Below, in pieces: positions 26,714 through 37,267 of a stretch of 64,000 nt of DNA (its first letter is position 1; every line of letters begins with the position of its first letter). Under the pieces are notes generated by a model that was given only the letters and a program-made list of their open reading frames with translations, searched no databases and was not told where the DNA came from. Source of the DNA: an uncultured delta proteobacterium (GTDB lineage Bacteria; Myxococcota_A; Polyangia; Polyangiales; JAFGIB01); contig CAVZVA010000008.1 of the NCBI GenBank assembly GCA_963778655.1, forward strand, positions 1-64,000, given 5' to 3'. The position numbers and the translations under genes were made by a program.

Positions 26714-28912
26714 CTAAGGACGCGCTCGGGTCGCGTGCGCGCGTGTCCTGCGCCTGCGCCGCAGGCGCGCGAACGCCACGACCGCGCCGAGCGAGACCAG
26801 GCACCCGGCCGGCTCGCTGCGCGGCGCGCCCGGCACTGAGCAGCTGCAGCCCTTGTGCTTGGCGGCCTTGCCGCCGCCCGCGCCGCCGTCACTGCCCGCG
26901 CCGCCCCCAGCGCCCGGGCCCGCGCCCGCGCCCGCCCCCGCGTCACCGGCGCCGGCGCTCGTCTGGCAGCTCGTGCAATCGCCGCTGCCGTCGTCGCAGC
27001 CCTCGCCCTGGTCCTTGACGCCGTCGCCGCAGCGCGGGGCGCTGCAGTCGCTGCGGCAGGCGTCGGGTGTGGTGTCGCTGTTGCCAGGGCCGTCGTCGCA
27101 GTCTTCTCCCTGGTCCTTGACGCCATCGCCGCAGCGCGCTTGCTTGCAATCGCTGCGACAGGCGTCGGGTGCGCTGTCGCTGTTGGCCGCGCCGTCGTCG
27201 CAAGCCTCGCCGCGGTCCATGACGCCGTCGCCGCAGTGCGCGCGTGTGCAATCGCTGCGACAAGCATCGGGCGTGCTGTCGCTGTTCTCCGCGCCGCGGT
27301 CGCAGTCTTCTCCCTGGTCCTTGACGCCGTCGCCGCAGCGCGGGGCGGTGCAATCGTTGCGGCACGCGTCGGCCTTGGTATTGCTGTTCTTGCTGCCGTC
27401 GTCGCAACTCTCGCCCGGGTCCAGCACACCGTCGCCGCAGCCGGCCGGCGTGCAATTGGTGCGGCAGGCATCGGCCTTGGTGTCGCTGTTCTTGACGCCG
27501 TCGTCGCAGCCCTCTTCCTGATCGATGCGGCCGTTGCCGCAGAACGGGGTCCAGCCCAGATCGATCAGCATGGGCCCTGTGAGATCGACGTCGTCGGGCT
27601 GGCCCGGGGTCGAGATCGGCTCCATCAGCAGGTTCGGGCGCGGCAGCACGTCCCAGTGTGAGATCGAATCGGTGGACACGGGTTGGGTCGCGTTCAACAT
27701 CACCCGGCCCATGCCGTCTGCGCCGATCAGCTGGGCCGGATCGGCCGAGAGCTGCGCGCTCACGCTACCGGAGCCGAGCGCGTTCTGGAGCAGCGTGGCA
27801 TCGGCGTCGGTGATGCTCAGCACCGGCATCGCGACCTTGGTGGCGGTGGCCTCCTCGAGCGGCAGCGGTGGCGCATCCCGATTCGCCGGTGCCACCATCA
27901 GCAGGCCGACCGCCCCGGCCTGCGCGAACGCGTCTGCAATCTCCGAATAGCGGCAGCCCGGGCGTATCAACACGATCTTGCCGGCGACGCCGGGGGTGTC
28001 GGAGCAACCGTCGATCGGGTTGGCCAGCATCAACTCCGCGCTGACCGACATCGCCAGCGGGCGGGCGACGAAGCTGGCGTCAGACACGAAGCCGGAAAGG
28101 CCCGCCACCGGCGGCGTGGTGCTCAAGCCGGGCGGGCCGTGGAGCAGAAAGCTCGCCGCCGCTGCGGTCACGTGCGAGCCCTGCCACACCACCTTGCGCA
28201 CATTGGCGAAGGAGCTCATGCGCTCGGCGCCGGTCATCTCGTTCCAGCGCTTGCCGGTCTCGGTGTCGAGCACATGGGTGGAGTACGCGTCCGCGATGTT
28301 GCCGGGAAAGCCGCCGGTCTGCGGGTCGACGAAGTCGCTGACCCCCAGCCCGTGCCCGAGCTCGTGCAGCGCGGTGTTCGCGAGGTCGGGCAGCTCCCCG
28401 CCGGCGGCGTCGAGCCCGTAGTACCAGGTGAGACCGGAGAGACAGCTGCCGTCGTCGAGCGAGCTGTTGAAGAAGGCCACGATGTCGGGCTGCCCGGGGC
28501 TCAGGTCCTGTCCGCTCAGCCGATTGGCGAGCGCGCTCGGGTAGAGCAGGGAGGGGTCCGCGCCGTCGCCCGAGATGCCGGTCAGGACGCCGTTGGGCGA
28601 GGCCTGGCCCAGGACGGTCGCGCCGCCGGTGCAATCGAGTGGATCGAAGGTGGCGTCGATCTCGATCGTCACGTCGCTGTCGAGCGCTTTGCCCCACAGG
28701 TCGGCGGCGAACTGCACCGCGATCAGGCGCTGCTCGCCCAGCGTCGTGCCGGTGTTGCCGCCTACCGGGGTGGCCGGCGTCGGGTCGTTGAAGCCCTCGC
28801 CGGCACCGTCGGCGTTGCGCACGTGGAGGGTCGCGTGGGCGTGCGCGCTCGAGCTCGCGCACAGCGTGACCGCCGCGATCAGCGCGGCCCCAGACCAGCG
28901 ACGCCAGCTCAC
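26714..28912 (-). CDS. Secreted zinc metallopeptidase-like protein with PA domain, Cys-rich repeats and MYXO-CTERM
   Basis: Signal peptide, HELGHGLG, PA insert, CGDG repeats, GCSCSVPG + hydrophobic stretch + RRRRR tail. Confidence 0.88.
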   Translation of the reverse strand: MSWRRWSGAALIAAVTLCASSSAHAHATLHVRNADGAGEGFNDPTPATPVGGNTGTTLGEQRLIAVQFAADLWGKALDSDVTIEIDATFDPLDCTGGATVLGQASPNGVLTGISGDGADPSLLYPSALANRLSGQDLSPGQPDIVAFFNSSLDDGSCLSGLTWYYGLDAAGGELPDLANTALHELGHGLGVSDFVDPQTGGFPGNIADAYSTHVLDTETGKRWNEMTGAERMSSFANVRKVVWQGSHVTAAAASFLLHGPPGLSTTPPVAGLSGFVSDASFVARPLAMSVSAELMLANPIDGCSDTPGVAGKIVLIRPGCRYSEIADAFAQAGAVGLLMVAPANRDAPPLPLEEATATKVAMPVLSITDADATLLQNALGSGSVSAQLSADPAQLIGADGMGRVMLNATQPVSTDSISHWDVLPRPNLLMEPISTPGQPDDVDLTGPMLIDLGWTPFCGNGRIDQEEGCDDGVKNSDTKADACRTNCTPAGCGDGVLDPGESCDDGSKNSNTKADACRNDCTAPRCGDGVKDQGEDCDRGAENSDSTPDACRSDCTRAHCGDGVMDRGEACDDGAANSDSAPDACRSDCKQARCGDGVKDQGEDCDDGPGNSDTTPDACRSDCSAPRCGDGVKDQGEGCDDGSGDCTSCQTSAGAGDAGAGAGAGPGAGGGAGSDGGAGGGKAAKHKGCSCSVPGAPRSEPAGCLVSLGAVVAFARLRRRRRTRAHATRARP
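26967..27541 (-). repeat. Myxococcus Cys-rich (DUF4215-like) intragenic tandem repeats: five 34-aa (102-bp) units plus one partial
   Basis: CG[DN]GxxDxxExCDxGxxNSxxxxDACRxxC repeated in the translation. Confidence 0.9.
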
Positions 28913-29400
28913 GGCGCGCTCCGCTCGGCCGCCTCGAGCACGCGCCGGGCTGCGGGTAGATTGTCGACGCAGGTGATGCGCAGCGCACCGTCCTTCCCGC
29001 GCGTGGCGAGCATCGCGTGGCCGAAGTGTCCGTGCAGGTCGAGGCTGCGAGCGCCCGAGGGCGTGGTGCGCCAGGACAGACCGTCGGTCGAGCGTGAGAG
29101 CCCGGGTGCGAGTCGCTGCAACAGCGCCTCAATCCGCGCCCGTGCCGGCGTCGCGGCCGGGCCGCTGTCACGCGGCGCGAGCGCGCTCTGATCAGCGGCC
29201 GGCGCGAGCAAGCCGGGTGGCTGCGCGCTCGGGGTCGTGGTCTGCATCGCAGCGCCGGCCGCGCCGCTGCTGCGGTCCGCGTGGGCGGAGGCCGCGGGCG
29301 CGGTCGCACGCGAGTGCGTGGCGACCGGCTCGGGCGCGGAGCCCGTGCACGCCGCGCAAGTGAAGGCCAGCCAGCTCGTGATGCCTAGGACCGGTTTCAT
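28909..29400 (-). CDS. Small exported (lipo)protein, post-PEP-CTERM-1-like partner of the PA peptidase
   Basis: Signal with Cys; C-terminal LSRSTDGL...DLHGHF...GKDGALRITCVD; GTGA overlap with the peptidase start. Confidence 0.65.
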   Translation of the reverse strand: MKPVLGITSWLAFTCAACTGSAPEPVATHSRATAPAASAHADRSSGAAGAAMQTTTPSAQPPGLLAPAADQSALAPRDSGPAATPARARIEALLQRLAPGLSRSTDGLSWRTTPSGARSLDLHGHFGHAMLATRGKDGALRITCVDNLPAARRVLEAAERSAP

Positions 29401-29599
29401 GTCTACCTTTGCTATTGGAGCGCTTCGAGCCGGCGTGTCCCCCCGGACTTGACGCGGGCTGGCGCGAATCGATGCAAACGCCACAGCGTCGCATCGATGG
29501 TCGCAGCTGCGCAACCGCGAAAGGCGCGCGCCCGCGCGGCGCAACGCTGTGCCAGCTTGTGCCACGGCGCTCAGCCGGCGCGCGTGCTTGGCTTGGAGT

Positions 29600-29779
29600 G
29601 TTCCCGTCCAGATGATGGCTCTTCGGAGGATTCGACAGGAAGACGGGAAGGCGAGAAGAACAAAACACTCGGGACTTCCCGTCTTCCCGCCTTCCTGTGG
29701 ATCTCTTGGTCCCAGGGAGGCTGCATTTCTGGACGAGAACCAAATGACCGATCACGATCCCGAATCGCGAGCTCTGATC
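29600..29779. repeat. Nested palindromic intergenic mosaic
   Basis: Outer inverted repeat 29600-29612/29728-29740; inner ACAGGAAGACGGGAAG...CTTCCCGTCTTCCCGCCTTCCTGT hairpin at 29625-29707; GATCCCGAATCGCGAGCTCTGA at 29756-29778. Confidence 0.8.
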
Positions 29780-29783
29780 TAGA

Positions 29784-31022
29784 TCAGGGCGGGGCCTGGG
29801 GTTGGGGCTGCTCCGCGGCGAGCGCGGCCTCGGCCGCACGGCCGAGCGCGAGACCTTGTACGGTGACGACCAGGCACACCAGGGCGCCCATCATCGCCAT
29901 CGCGACCCCCTCGCCGAGCGCATCGGCCAGCACGCCGACCGGAAAGCCGAGCAGGCCGAAGGCGCCGAACGCCAGCATCGCGATCGACATCACCCTGCCG
30001 ACGTAGCGCGCCTCGACGTAGCGCAGCAGCACCGCGCCGTTGAGCGCGGTGAAGGCGCTGCTGCAGAACCCCAGCATGAATAGCAGGGCGCACGCCGTCG
30101 CCAACCCGTGCGCGGTCAGCATCGACATCAGACACAGGCCCATGCCGATGCCAGCCGCGCGATACACGCGCAGCGCGTGCGCCGAGTCGGCCAGCCTGGC
30201 GGCGAGCAGGCTCGAGATCAGGCCCCCGGCGGCCGACGCGCTGAACAGCACGCTGACGGTCCGCGCCGGCAGCGAGAGCTGGTTGCGCACGAAGCCCGGC
30301 AGCAGGGTCACGTAGGGAAAGCCGACCATCACCGTGAGCACGAACATCGCCAGCAGTGCGCGCAGGCGCGGATTGCGGCGCACGTAGGCCACGCCGTCGG
30401 CCAGGTCCGCGAGCACGCCGCGCTGAGAGACCTCGTCCGCGGGCCGTGCAGGTGGCAACCGCGCCTGCAGCACCAGCGCGCCGCCGTACATCGCACCCAT
30501 CGCGACGAACGCCCCGGTCGCGCCGCAGGCCGCCCAGCCCAGCAGCAGCCCCGAGAGCGCGGGTCCGGCCACGCGCGATAGGCTGAGCGCCACCTGATTG
30601 AGCGCGATCGCGTTGCCGCGTCGATCCGGCTCGACCAGCTCGACCACGTACGCGGAGCGGGTCGGACCCAGGAAGGCGAAGGTCATGCCGACCAGGAAGC
30701 TACCGGCGGTGAGGTGCGCGATCTGCATCTGCCCGCTCCACATCAGCCACGCCAGCCCGAAGAACACCAGCGAGGCCACGCCCTGCGAGCTGACCAGGAT
30801 CGCGCGCTTGCTGAGGCGGTCCGCGAGCACGCCGCCGAGCGGGGCCAGCAGCAGCTGGGCGAGCCCGCGGCCGAGCACCACCAGGCCGGGTGCGCGGTTC
30901 TGGTGGGTCAGGTCGAACGCGACCACCGCCTGCACCACGTTGGCGGTGAAGAAGCCGACGAACGCGCTGACCGAGCCCAGCCAGAGTAGACGAAAGTCGC
31001 GGTTACGCAGCGCCCCGAACAC
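29784..31022 (-). CDS. MFS transporter
   Basis: ALRNRDFRLLW, GVLADRLSKR motif A, many hydrophobic helices; GTG start with AGGAG RBS. Confidence 0.9.
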   Translation of the reverse strand: MFGALRNRDFRLLWLGSVSAFVGFFTANVVQAVVAFDLTHQNRAPGLVVLGRGLAQLLLAPLGGVLADRLSKRAILVSSQGVASLVFFGLAWLMWSGQMQIAHLTAGSFLVGMTFAFLGPTRSAYVVELVEPDRRGNAIALNQVALSLSRVAGPALSGLLLGWAACGATGAFVAMGAMYGGALVLQARLPPARPADEVSQRGVLADLADGVAYVRRNPRLRALLAMFVLTVMVGFPYVTLLPGFVRNQLSLPARTVSVLFSASAAGGLISSLLAARLADSAHALRVYRAAGIGMGLCLMSMLTAHGLATACALLFMLGFCSSAFTALNGAVLLRYVEARYVGRVMSIAMLAFGAFGLLGFPVGVLADALGEGVAMAMMGALVCLVVTVQGLALGRAAEAALAAEQPQPQAPP

Positions 31023-31036
31023 GCAGTCGCTCCTGG

Positions 31037-31201
31037 CTAGAGCACCGAACATAGTGAAACGTGGTCGGGGTCATGGCGGGATGCAGGGTGCGGGCGGGAG
31101 CCCGAAGGCGTAGTCCATCCTACGTCGAGCGGGGAGCGCGCGTGCCATGCGCCCGCGAGGGCCCCGAAATCGTGCGTGTTTCGATATGTTCGGTGCTCTA
31201 G
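31037..31201. mobile_element. MITE-like element A (165 bp, CTAG-bounded terminal inverted repeats)
   Basis: CTAGAGCACCGAACATAGTGAAAC ... GTTTCGATATGTTCGGTGCTCTAG (22/24 match); internal GGCGTAG/CTACGTC hairpin. Confidence 0.75.
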
Positions 31202-31366
31202 TAACTCGACACAGGGGATCTGATCGGTTGATGGCGCAGGGTTTCGGCCTGGTGGCAAGGCGCGCGGGCGCAGGAATACTCGACCGTATTTCAAGCCCGC
31301 GCAACGCCGCCACGGGGTCGAAGGACAAGCCAGGAGCCGGCCAAGTCCCCTGTGTCGAGGTACGAG
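31198..31366. mobile_element. MITE-like element B (169 bp) sharing the CTAG with element A
   Basis: CTAGTAACTCGACACAGGGGA ... TCCCCTGTGTCGAGGTACGAG (19/21 match); internal GCGCGCGGGC...GAATAC/GTATTT...GCCCGCGC stems. Confidence 0.75.
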
Positions 31367-31380
31367 TACCCTGAGCCGAT

Positions 31381-33498
<2,118 letters not shown>

Positions 33499-33509
33499 GG
33501 CCCCCCGTT

Positions 33510-33730
33510 CTAGTGCCCCGCCCCCCAGCTGTCGAGCTGGGCAAAGGCCGCCCAACCCGGGCAAGCGCCCCCGGAGCCCCGGACCGAGGCGTGCTCCGAG
33601 CACGCCGCAGGGCCGGGGCGAGGAGGTAAACCGCTCCTGAACGCTCCTGCGAACGCGCGGTGAGGGTGCTCCGGCGCCGGGCTGGGGTGGATGCGAGCCA
33701 GCCCGGCGCCGGAGTCGGGGCGGCGCCCAG
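33510..33730. repeat. Degenerate MITE-like palindromic element upstream of ygiQ
   Basis: Starts CTAGTGCCCCGCCCC, ends GGGGCGGCGCCCAG; internal GGCGTGCTC/GAGCACGCC and CTCCGGCGCCGGGCTGG/CCAGCCCGGCGCCGGAG hairpins. Confidence 0.5.
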
Positions 33731-33908
33731 AGAGTCGCGTTGCCTCGGTGCGTGTCCCCCCGCTCGCGGAGGCGTCGAATCCCGAGCGCGTTTCCCAGAG
33801 CATGGCGCGGCGCTGTTTCGCGGGCTTTGCGTGGCGGTGAATTCTACGCGACTTCCCCACTGTGCAGCGCCGCGCGCGACCCACCTGCCCTTACTCGCGA
33901 TCAGGGGC

Positions 33909-35666
33909 TCAGCGGTCGGTGCGCTCGGCCGCTTTCTGCTTGAGCGCGCGCTTGTCGATCTTCTGCGAGGCGATGCGCGGCAACGGCTCGCGCTGCAGGA
34001 AGACGTGGCTCGGGACCTTGAACTGCGCGAGCCGCTCGGCCACATGCGCCTGCAGCTCCGCCACCGTGACCTCCGCGTCGGCGCGCACCATCACGGTGGC
34101 CGCGAGCGCCTCGCCCAGACGCGCGTCGGGGACGCCGTAGACGGCCGCCTCGAACACCGCGGGGTGCTCGTAGAGCGCGTGCTCCACCTCCGGGCAGCTG
34201 ATGTTCTCGCCGCCCCGGATCACGATGTCCTTGGAGCGCCCGGTGATGAACAGGAAGCCCTCGGCGTCGAGCTTGCCCAGGTCGCCGGTGCGCACCCAGC
34301 CCTCGCGCAGCGTGCTCACCGTCGCCTCGGGCTTGTTCCAGTAGCAGCGCATGTTGGTCACGCTCTTGATGCAGATCTCGCCTTCGCGATCGGGACCCAG
34401 CGTGGCGCCGTTCTGGTCGATGATCTTGACCTCGACCAGCGGCGGCAACGGCTTGCCTACGCTCGCCGGCCGCAGCAGGTAGTCGTCGCCGCCGATCGCC
34501 GTGCCCAGGCTGTTGGTCTCGGTCATACCGTAGCCGGTGCTGGCCTGCGCGTGCTCGGCCTTTTCCTTCAGCTTCTTGACGTGCTCGGGCGGGCGCGCCG
34601 CGCCTCCTGCGCTGAGCGAGCGCAGGCTGCTGGTGTTGCGCTTGGCGAAGTCGGGCGAGTTGATCAGCTCCCAGCTCATGGTGGGCACGCCGTTGAAGTC
34701 GGTGACCTGCTCGCGCTCGATCAGCTCGAGGGCGCGCTCCGGATTCCAGCGGTGCATCATCACCAGCTTGCGGCCGCTGCGGAATGCGGGCAGGAACTGC
34801 ACGTTGCAGCCAGTCACGTGGAACAGCGGCACCGTGACCAGCATCGCGCTCTGCGGCAGCTCGAGCGCCGCGCTCCGCAACGCGTCCGGGCCGCGGTCGA
34901 GCCACGCATACACCCGATCGAGCAGGCGCGGCGGCAGCTCGACCATGATCCGCGCGAGCATCACGAACTCCCAGTTGAACAGCGAGCTCACGATCGCGCG
35001 GTGGGTGGACACCACGCCCTTGGGGTGGCCGGTAGAGCCCGAGGTGTACATGATGGTGGCGTCGTCCTCGGGGTCGACCGCCGCCTCGGGCGGCTGGAAG
35101 TCGCCTTGCAGCACGCGCGCGAGGTCGAGCCCCGAGGCCGGCATCGGGCCCCCGGGCCGCGCCACCAGCGCGGGCAGGCCGAGCGTGAGCAGCTCCGGCT
35201 GCATGCGGTCGAAGCGCTCCTGATCGGCGACGACCAGGCGCGCCCCGCTGTCTTGCAGTCCGTAGCTCAGCTCGGGCCCTGTCCACCAAGCGTTGAGCGG
35301 CACCACGACAGCGCCGATCGAGGTCGCGGCCATATAGGTGAAGCACCATTCGGGGTAGTTGCGCATCGCCAGCGCAACCCGGTCGCCCTTGCGAATGCCG
35401 AACTCGTGCAGCATGTGGTGCGCGAGGTTGTCAGCCCGCTGGCGCATCTCGGCGAAGGTGTAGCGCTCGTCCTCATACACCAGCATGACGCGTGCGTCGT
35501 GGCGCTTGGAGAGCGCGTATACCGTGGCGAGGTTGCTGGGCGCGTGCAGGAACACCGTCATCTCCGCGTCGCCGATGCGCGTGCGTCCCAGCTGGTAGGG
35601 CGAGCCCGGGCGGACCAACCGCTCGAGGGCTTGGTCTTGGGTCAAATTGGCGGCGGCCTCACTCAT
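33909..35666 (-). CDS. Long-chain acyl-CoA synthetase (class I adenylate-forming enzyme)
   Basis: YTSGSTGHPKG, GYGMTE, TGDLG, RGGENI; RBS GGAG before ATG 35666. Confidence 0.93.
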   Translation of the reverse strand: MSEAAANLTQDQALERLVRPGSPYQLGRTRIGDAEMTVFLHAPSNLATVYALSKRHDARVMLVYEDERYTFAEMRQRADNLAHHMLHEFGIRKGDRVALAMRNYPEWCFTYMAATSIGAVVVPLNAWWTGPELSYGLQDSGARLVVADQERFDRMQPELLTLGLPALVARPGGPMPASGLDLARVLQGDFQPPEAAVDPEDDATIMYTSGSTGHPKGVVSTHRAIVSSLFNWEFVMLARIMVELPPRLLDRVYAWLDRGPDALRSAALELPQSAMLVTVPLFHVTGCNVQFLPAFRSGRKLVMMHRWNPERALELIEREQVTDFNGVPTMSWELINSPDFAKRNTSSLRSLSAGGAARPPEHVKKLKEKAEHAQASTGYGMTETNSLGTAIGGDDYLLRPASVGKPLPPLVEVKIIDQNGATLGPDREGEICIKSVTNMRCYWNKPEATVSTLREGWVRTGDLGKLDAEGFLFITGRSKDIVIRGGENISCPEVEHALYEHPAVFEAAVYGVPDARLGEALAATVMVRADAEVTVAELQAHVAERLAQFKVPSHVFLQREPLPRIASQKIDKRALKQKAAERTDR

Positions 35667-35897
35667 CGACGGGATGCTCCTCTGGTTGCGACCGACCCCA
35701 CCGGGCTGGTTTGAATAGCATGCAAGCCGGTGCGCCGTCAGCCGCGCCGGTGCCGCCTGCACCCGCGGCGGATCGGCGCTATGCTGCGCGCGATGACCGC
35801 AGACGGCAATGCCGGGCGCGCGCTCGGCATTGCCGGGCGCGCTCAGCTGCACAGCGTGCTCGCCCGCGCGGAAGCTGCGCGCGGCGATCGATCTCGC

Positions 35898-35990
35898 ATG
35901 ATCGAGCGCGGCCTGCGCGCGCACGGCCGACAGGTGGGAGATCGCAAGGTTGCACGAGATCGGCCACTTCTTTGGCCTGGATGGGACTGA
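35898..35990 (+). pseudogene. Possible remnant of a minimal zincin (Zincin_1/DUF1025-like) gene
   Basis: LHEIGHFFGLD preceded by a frameshifted IER/AC segment and an in-frame stop. Confidence 0.35.
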
Positions 35991-36078
35991 TAGCGAGCGG
36001 CGGGTCTGGATCGAGCCGTCGAGCGCTTCGGACCACGAAATAAGGGGGCGGGCGATGCGACTCATGGGCGTTGAGACG

Positions 36079-37200
36079 ATGCGAAGCGTATGCGTTGCAA
36101 GCATGTTGTGCGCCCTGACCGCGCTGGTCGCGCGGGCTCAGCCGGCTGTTCCCGGCGGCTCCGCCGCGTCCGCGCCGGCGACCGGTACCCCGCCTGCGGA
36201 AGCGCCGCCCGGCGCCGCGCCTCCGGCTGCGGTCGCCCCGGCCGAGCAGGCGCCAGCGGCTTCGCCGCCGCCTGCCGCTGCGGCCGAAGCCGCGCCATCC
36301 GCGCCCGCTGCCCAGGCACCTGCGGCCGCGCCGGGTGCGGCTCCGGTCGCGGCTCCAGCTGCAACTCCAGCGGCTCCGGCCGCAACGCCGGCGACCCCAG
36401 CGGCAACGCCGGCGGCTCCAGCCACAACGCCGGCGGCTCCAGCCGCAACGCCGGCGACTCCGGCTGCAGCTCCGGCCGCGCCTGCAGCCGAGCCCAGCCC
36501 GGCCCAGCCGGGGGCGGTCTCCACCGCACCCCCGCCAGCGCCGCCCCCTCCAGTGGCAGCGCCGCCGCCGGCGCCGCCCGCCGCTGCCCACCCGCCCGCG
36601 CGGCCCGCCCCGGTCGAAGGCGTCGAGCGGCGCGTGCCCGCGCGAGGCGAGAAGCTCTACATCCGCATGGCTGCGGGCGTGGGCTTTCCGTTCGGCTCCG
36701 ACATCGCCGATCGCTACGACGACCGCGGCAGCGGCGCCTCGCACTTCTCGGGCTACAGCTTCGCGCTCGACGTGATGGCGGGTACCGCGGTGCTGCCCTG
36801 GCTGATGATCGGCGGCGGCGCCGCGTCCGATACCGTGGGCGGCGGCACGGTGCGCAACGCCAGTCAGAGCAAGCGCAGCATCGAGCACAGCCTGTACTAC
36901 GCGGTGATCGGGCCGTTTGCAGACCTGTACACGGCACCCCCGGCGGGTCTGCATTTCCAGGCCCTGCTCGGTCTCGCCCGACTCTCTCCGGCCGATGACC
37001 TCGGCCACAACACGGCGCTCGGCTTTGGCGCGGTGCTCGGGGTGGGCTACGAGATGCCGGTCGGCCGGCGCTGGAACCTCGGCGCGCTCGCCCGCGTGGC
37101 GTTCTCACCACTCAGCATGAAGCGCGTGGCCGGCCAGCAGCCCTCGCCCACCTTGTACGAGCCCTCGCTGCTGTGGACCGCGACGTTCAGGCCCGAGTAA
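36079..37200 (+). CDS. Secreted Pro/Ala-rich protein with C-terminal outer-membrane beta-barrel-like domain
   Basis: Signal peptide ending ARA|Q, PAATPAA repeats, alternating beta-strand pattern ending LLWTATF. Confidence 0.7.
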   Translation: MRSVCVASMLCALTALVARAQPAVPGGSAASAPATGTPPAEAPPGAAPPAAVAPAEQAPAASPPPAAAAEAAPSAPAAQAPAAAPGAAPVAAPAATPAAPAATPATPAATPAAPATTPAAPAATPATPAAAPAAPAAEPSPAQPGAVSTAPPPAPPPPVAAPPPAPPAAAHPPARPAPVEGVERRVPARGEKLYIRMAAGVGFPFGSDIADRYDDRGSGASHFSGYSFALDVMAGTAVLPWLMIGGGAASDTVGGGTVRNASQSKRSIEHSLYYAVIGPFADLYTAPPAGLHFQALLGLARLSPADDLGHNTALGFGAVLGVGYEMPVGRRWNLGALARVAFSPLSMKRVAGQQPSPTLYEPSLLWTATFRPE

Positions 37201-37254
37201 GAGGATGCAACAGGAAGACGGGCAGGCGGGAAGCACTCTTCCCGTCGTCCTGTG
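37201..37254. repeat. 8-nt-period palindromic REP-like element (copy 2), possibly a bidirectional terminator
   Basis: GAGGATGCAACAGGAAGACGGGCAGGCGGGAAG...CTTCCCGTCGTCCTGT between convergent genes. Confidence 0.75.
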
Positions 37255-37267
37255 TCTTTGATCACCA

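Noticed and set aside
26967..27541. Regular 102-bp repeats as a CRISPR array
   Set aside because: They are in-frame coding Cys-rich repeats with codon-level variation and no repeat-spacer structure or cas genes.
31023..31052. ATG at 31052 as the true MFS start
   Set aside because: It lies in the MITE terminal repeat; GTG at 31022 has a well-spaced AGGAG RBS.
36350..36480. Short tandem repeats (CCGGCGGCTCCAGC-like)
   Set aside because: They encode a low-complexity PAAT linker inside a CDS.
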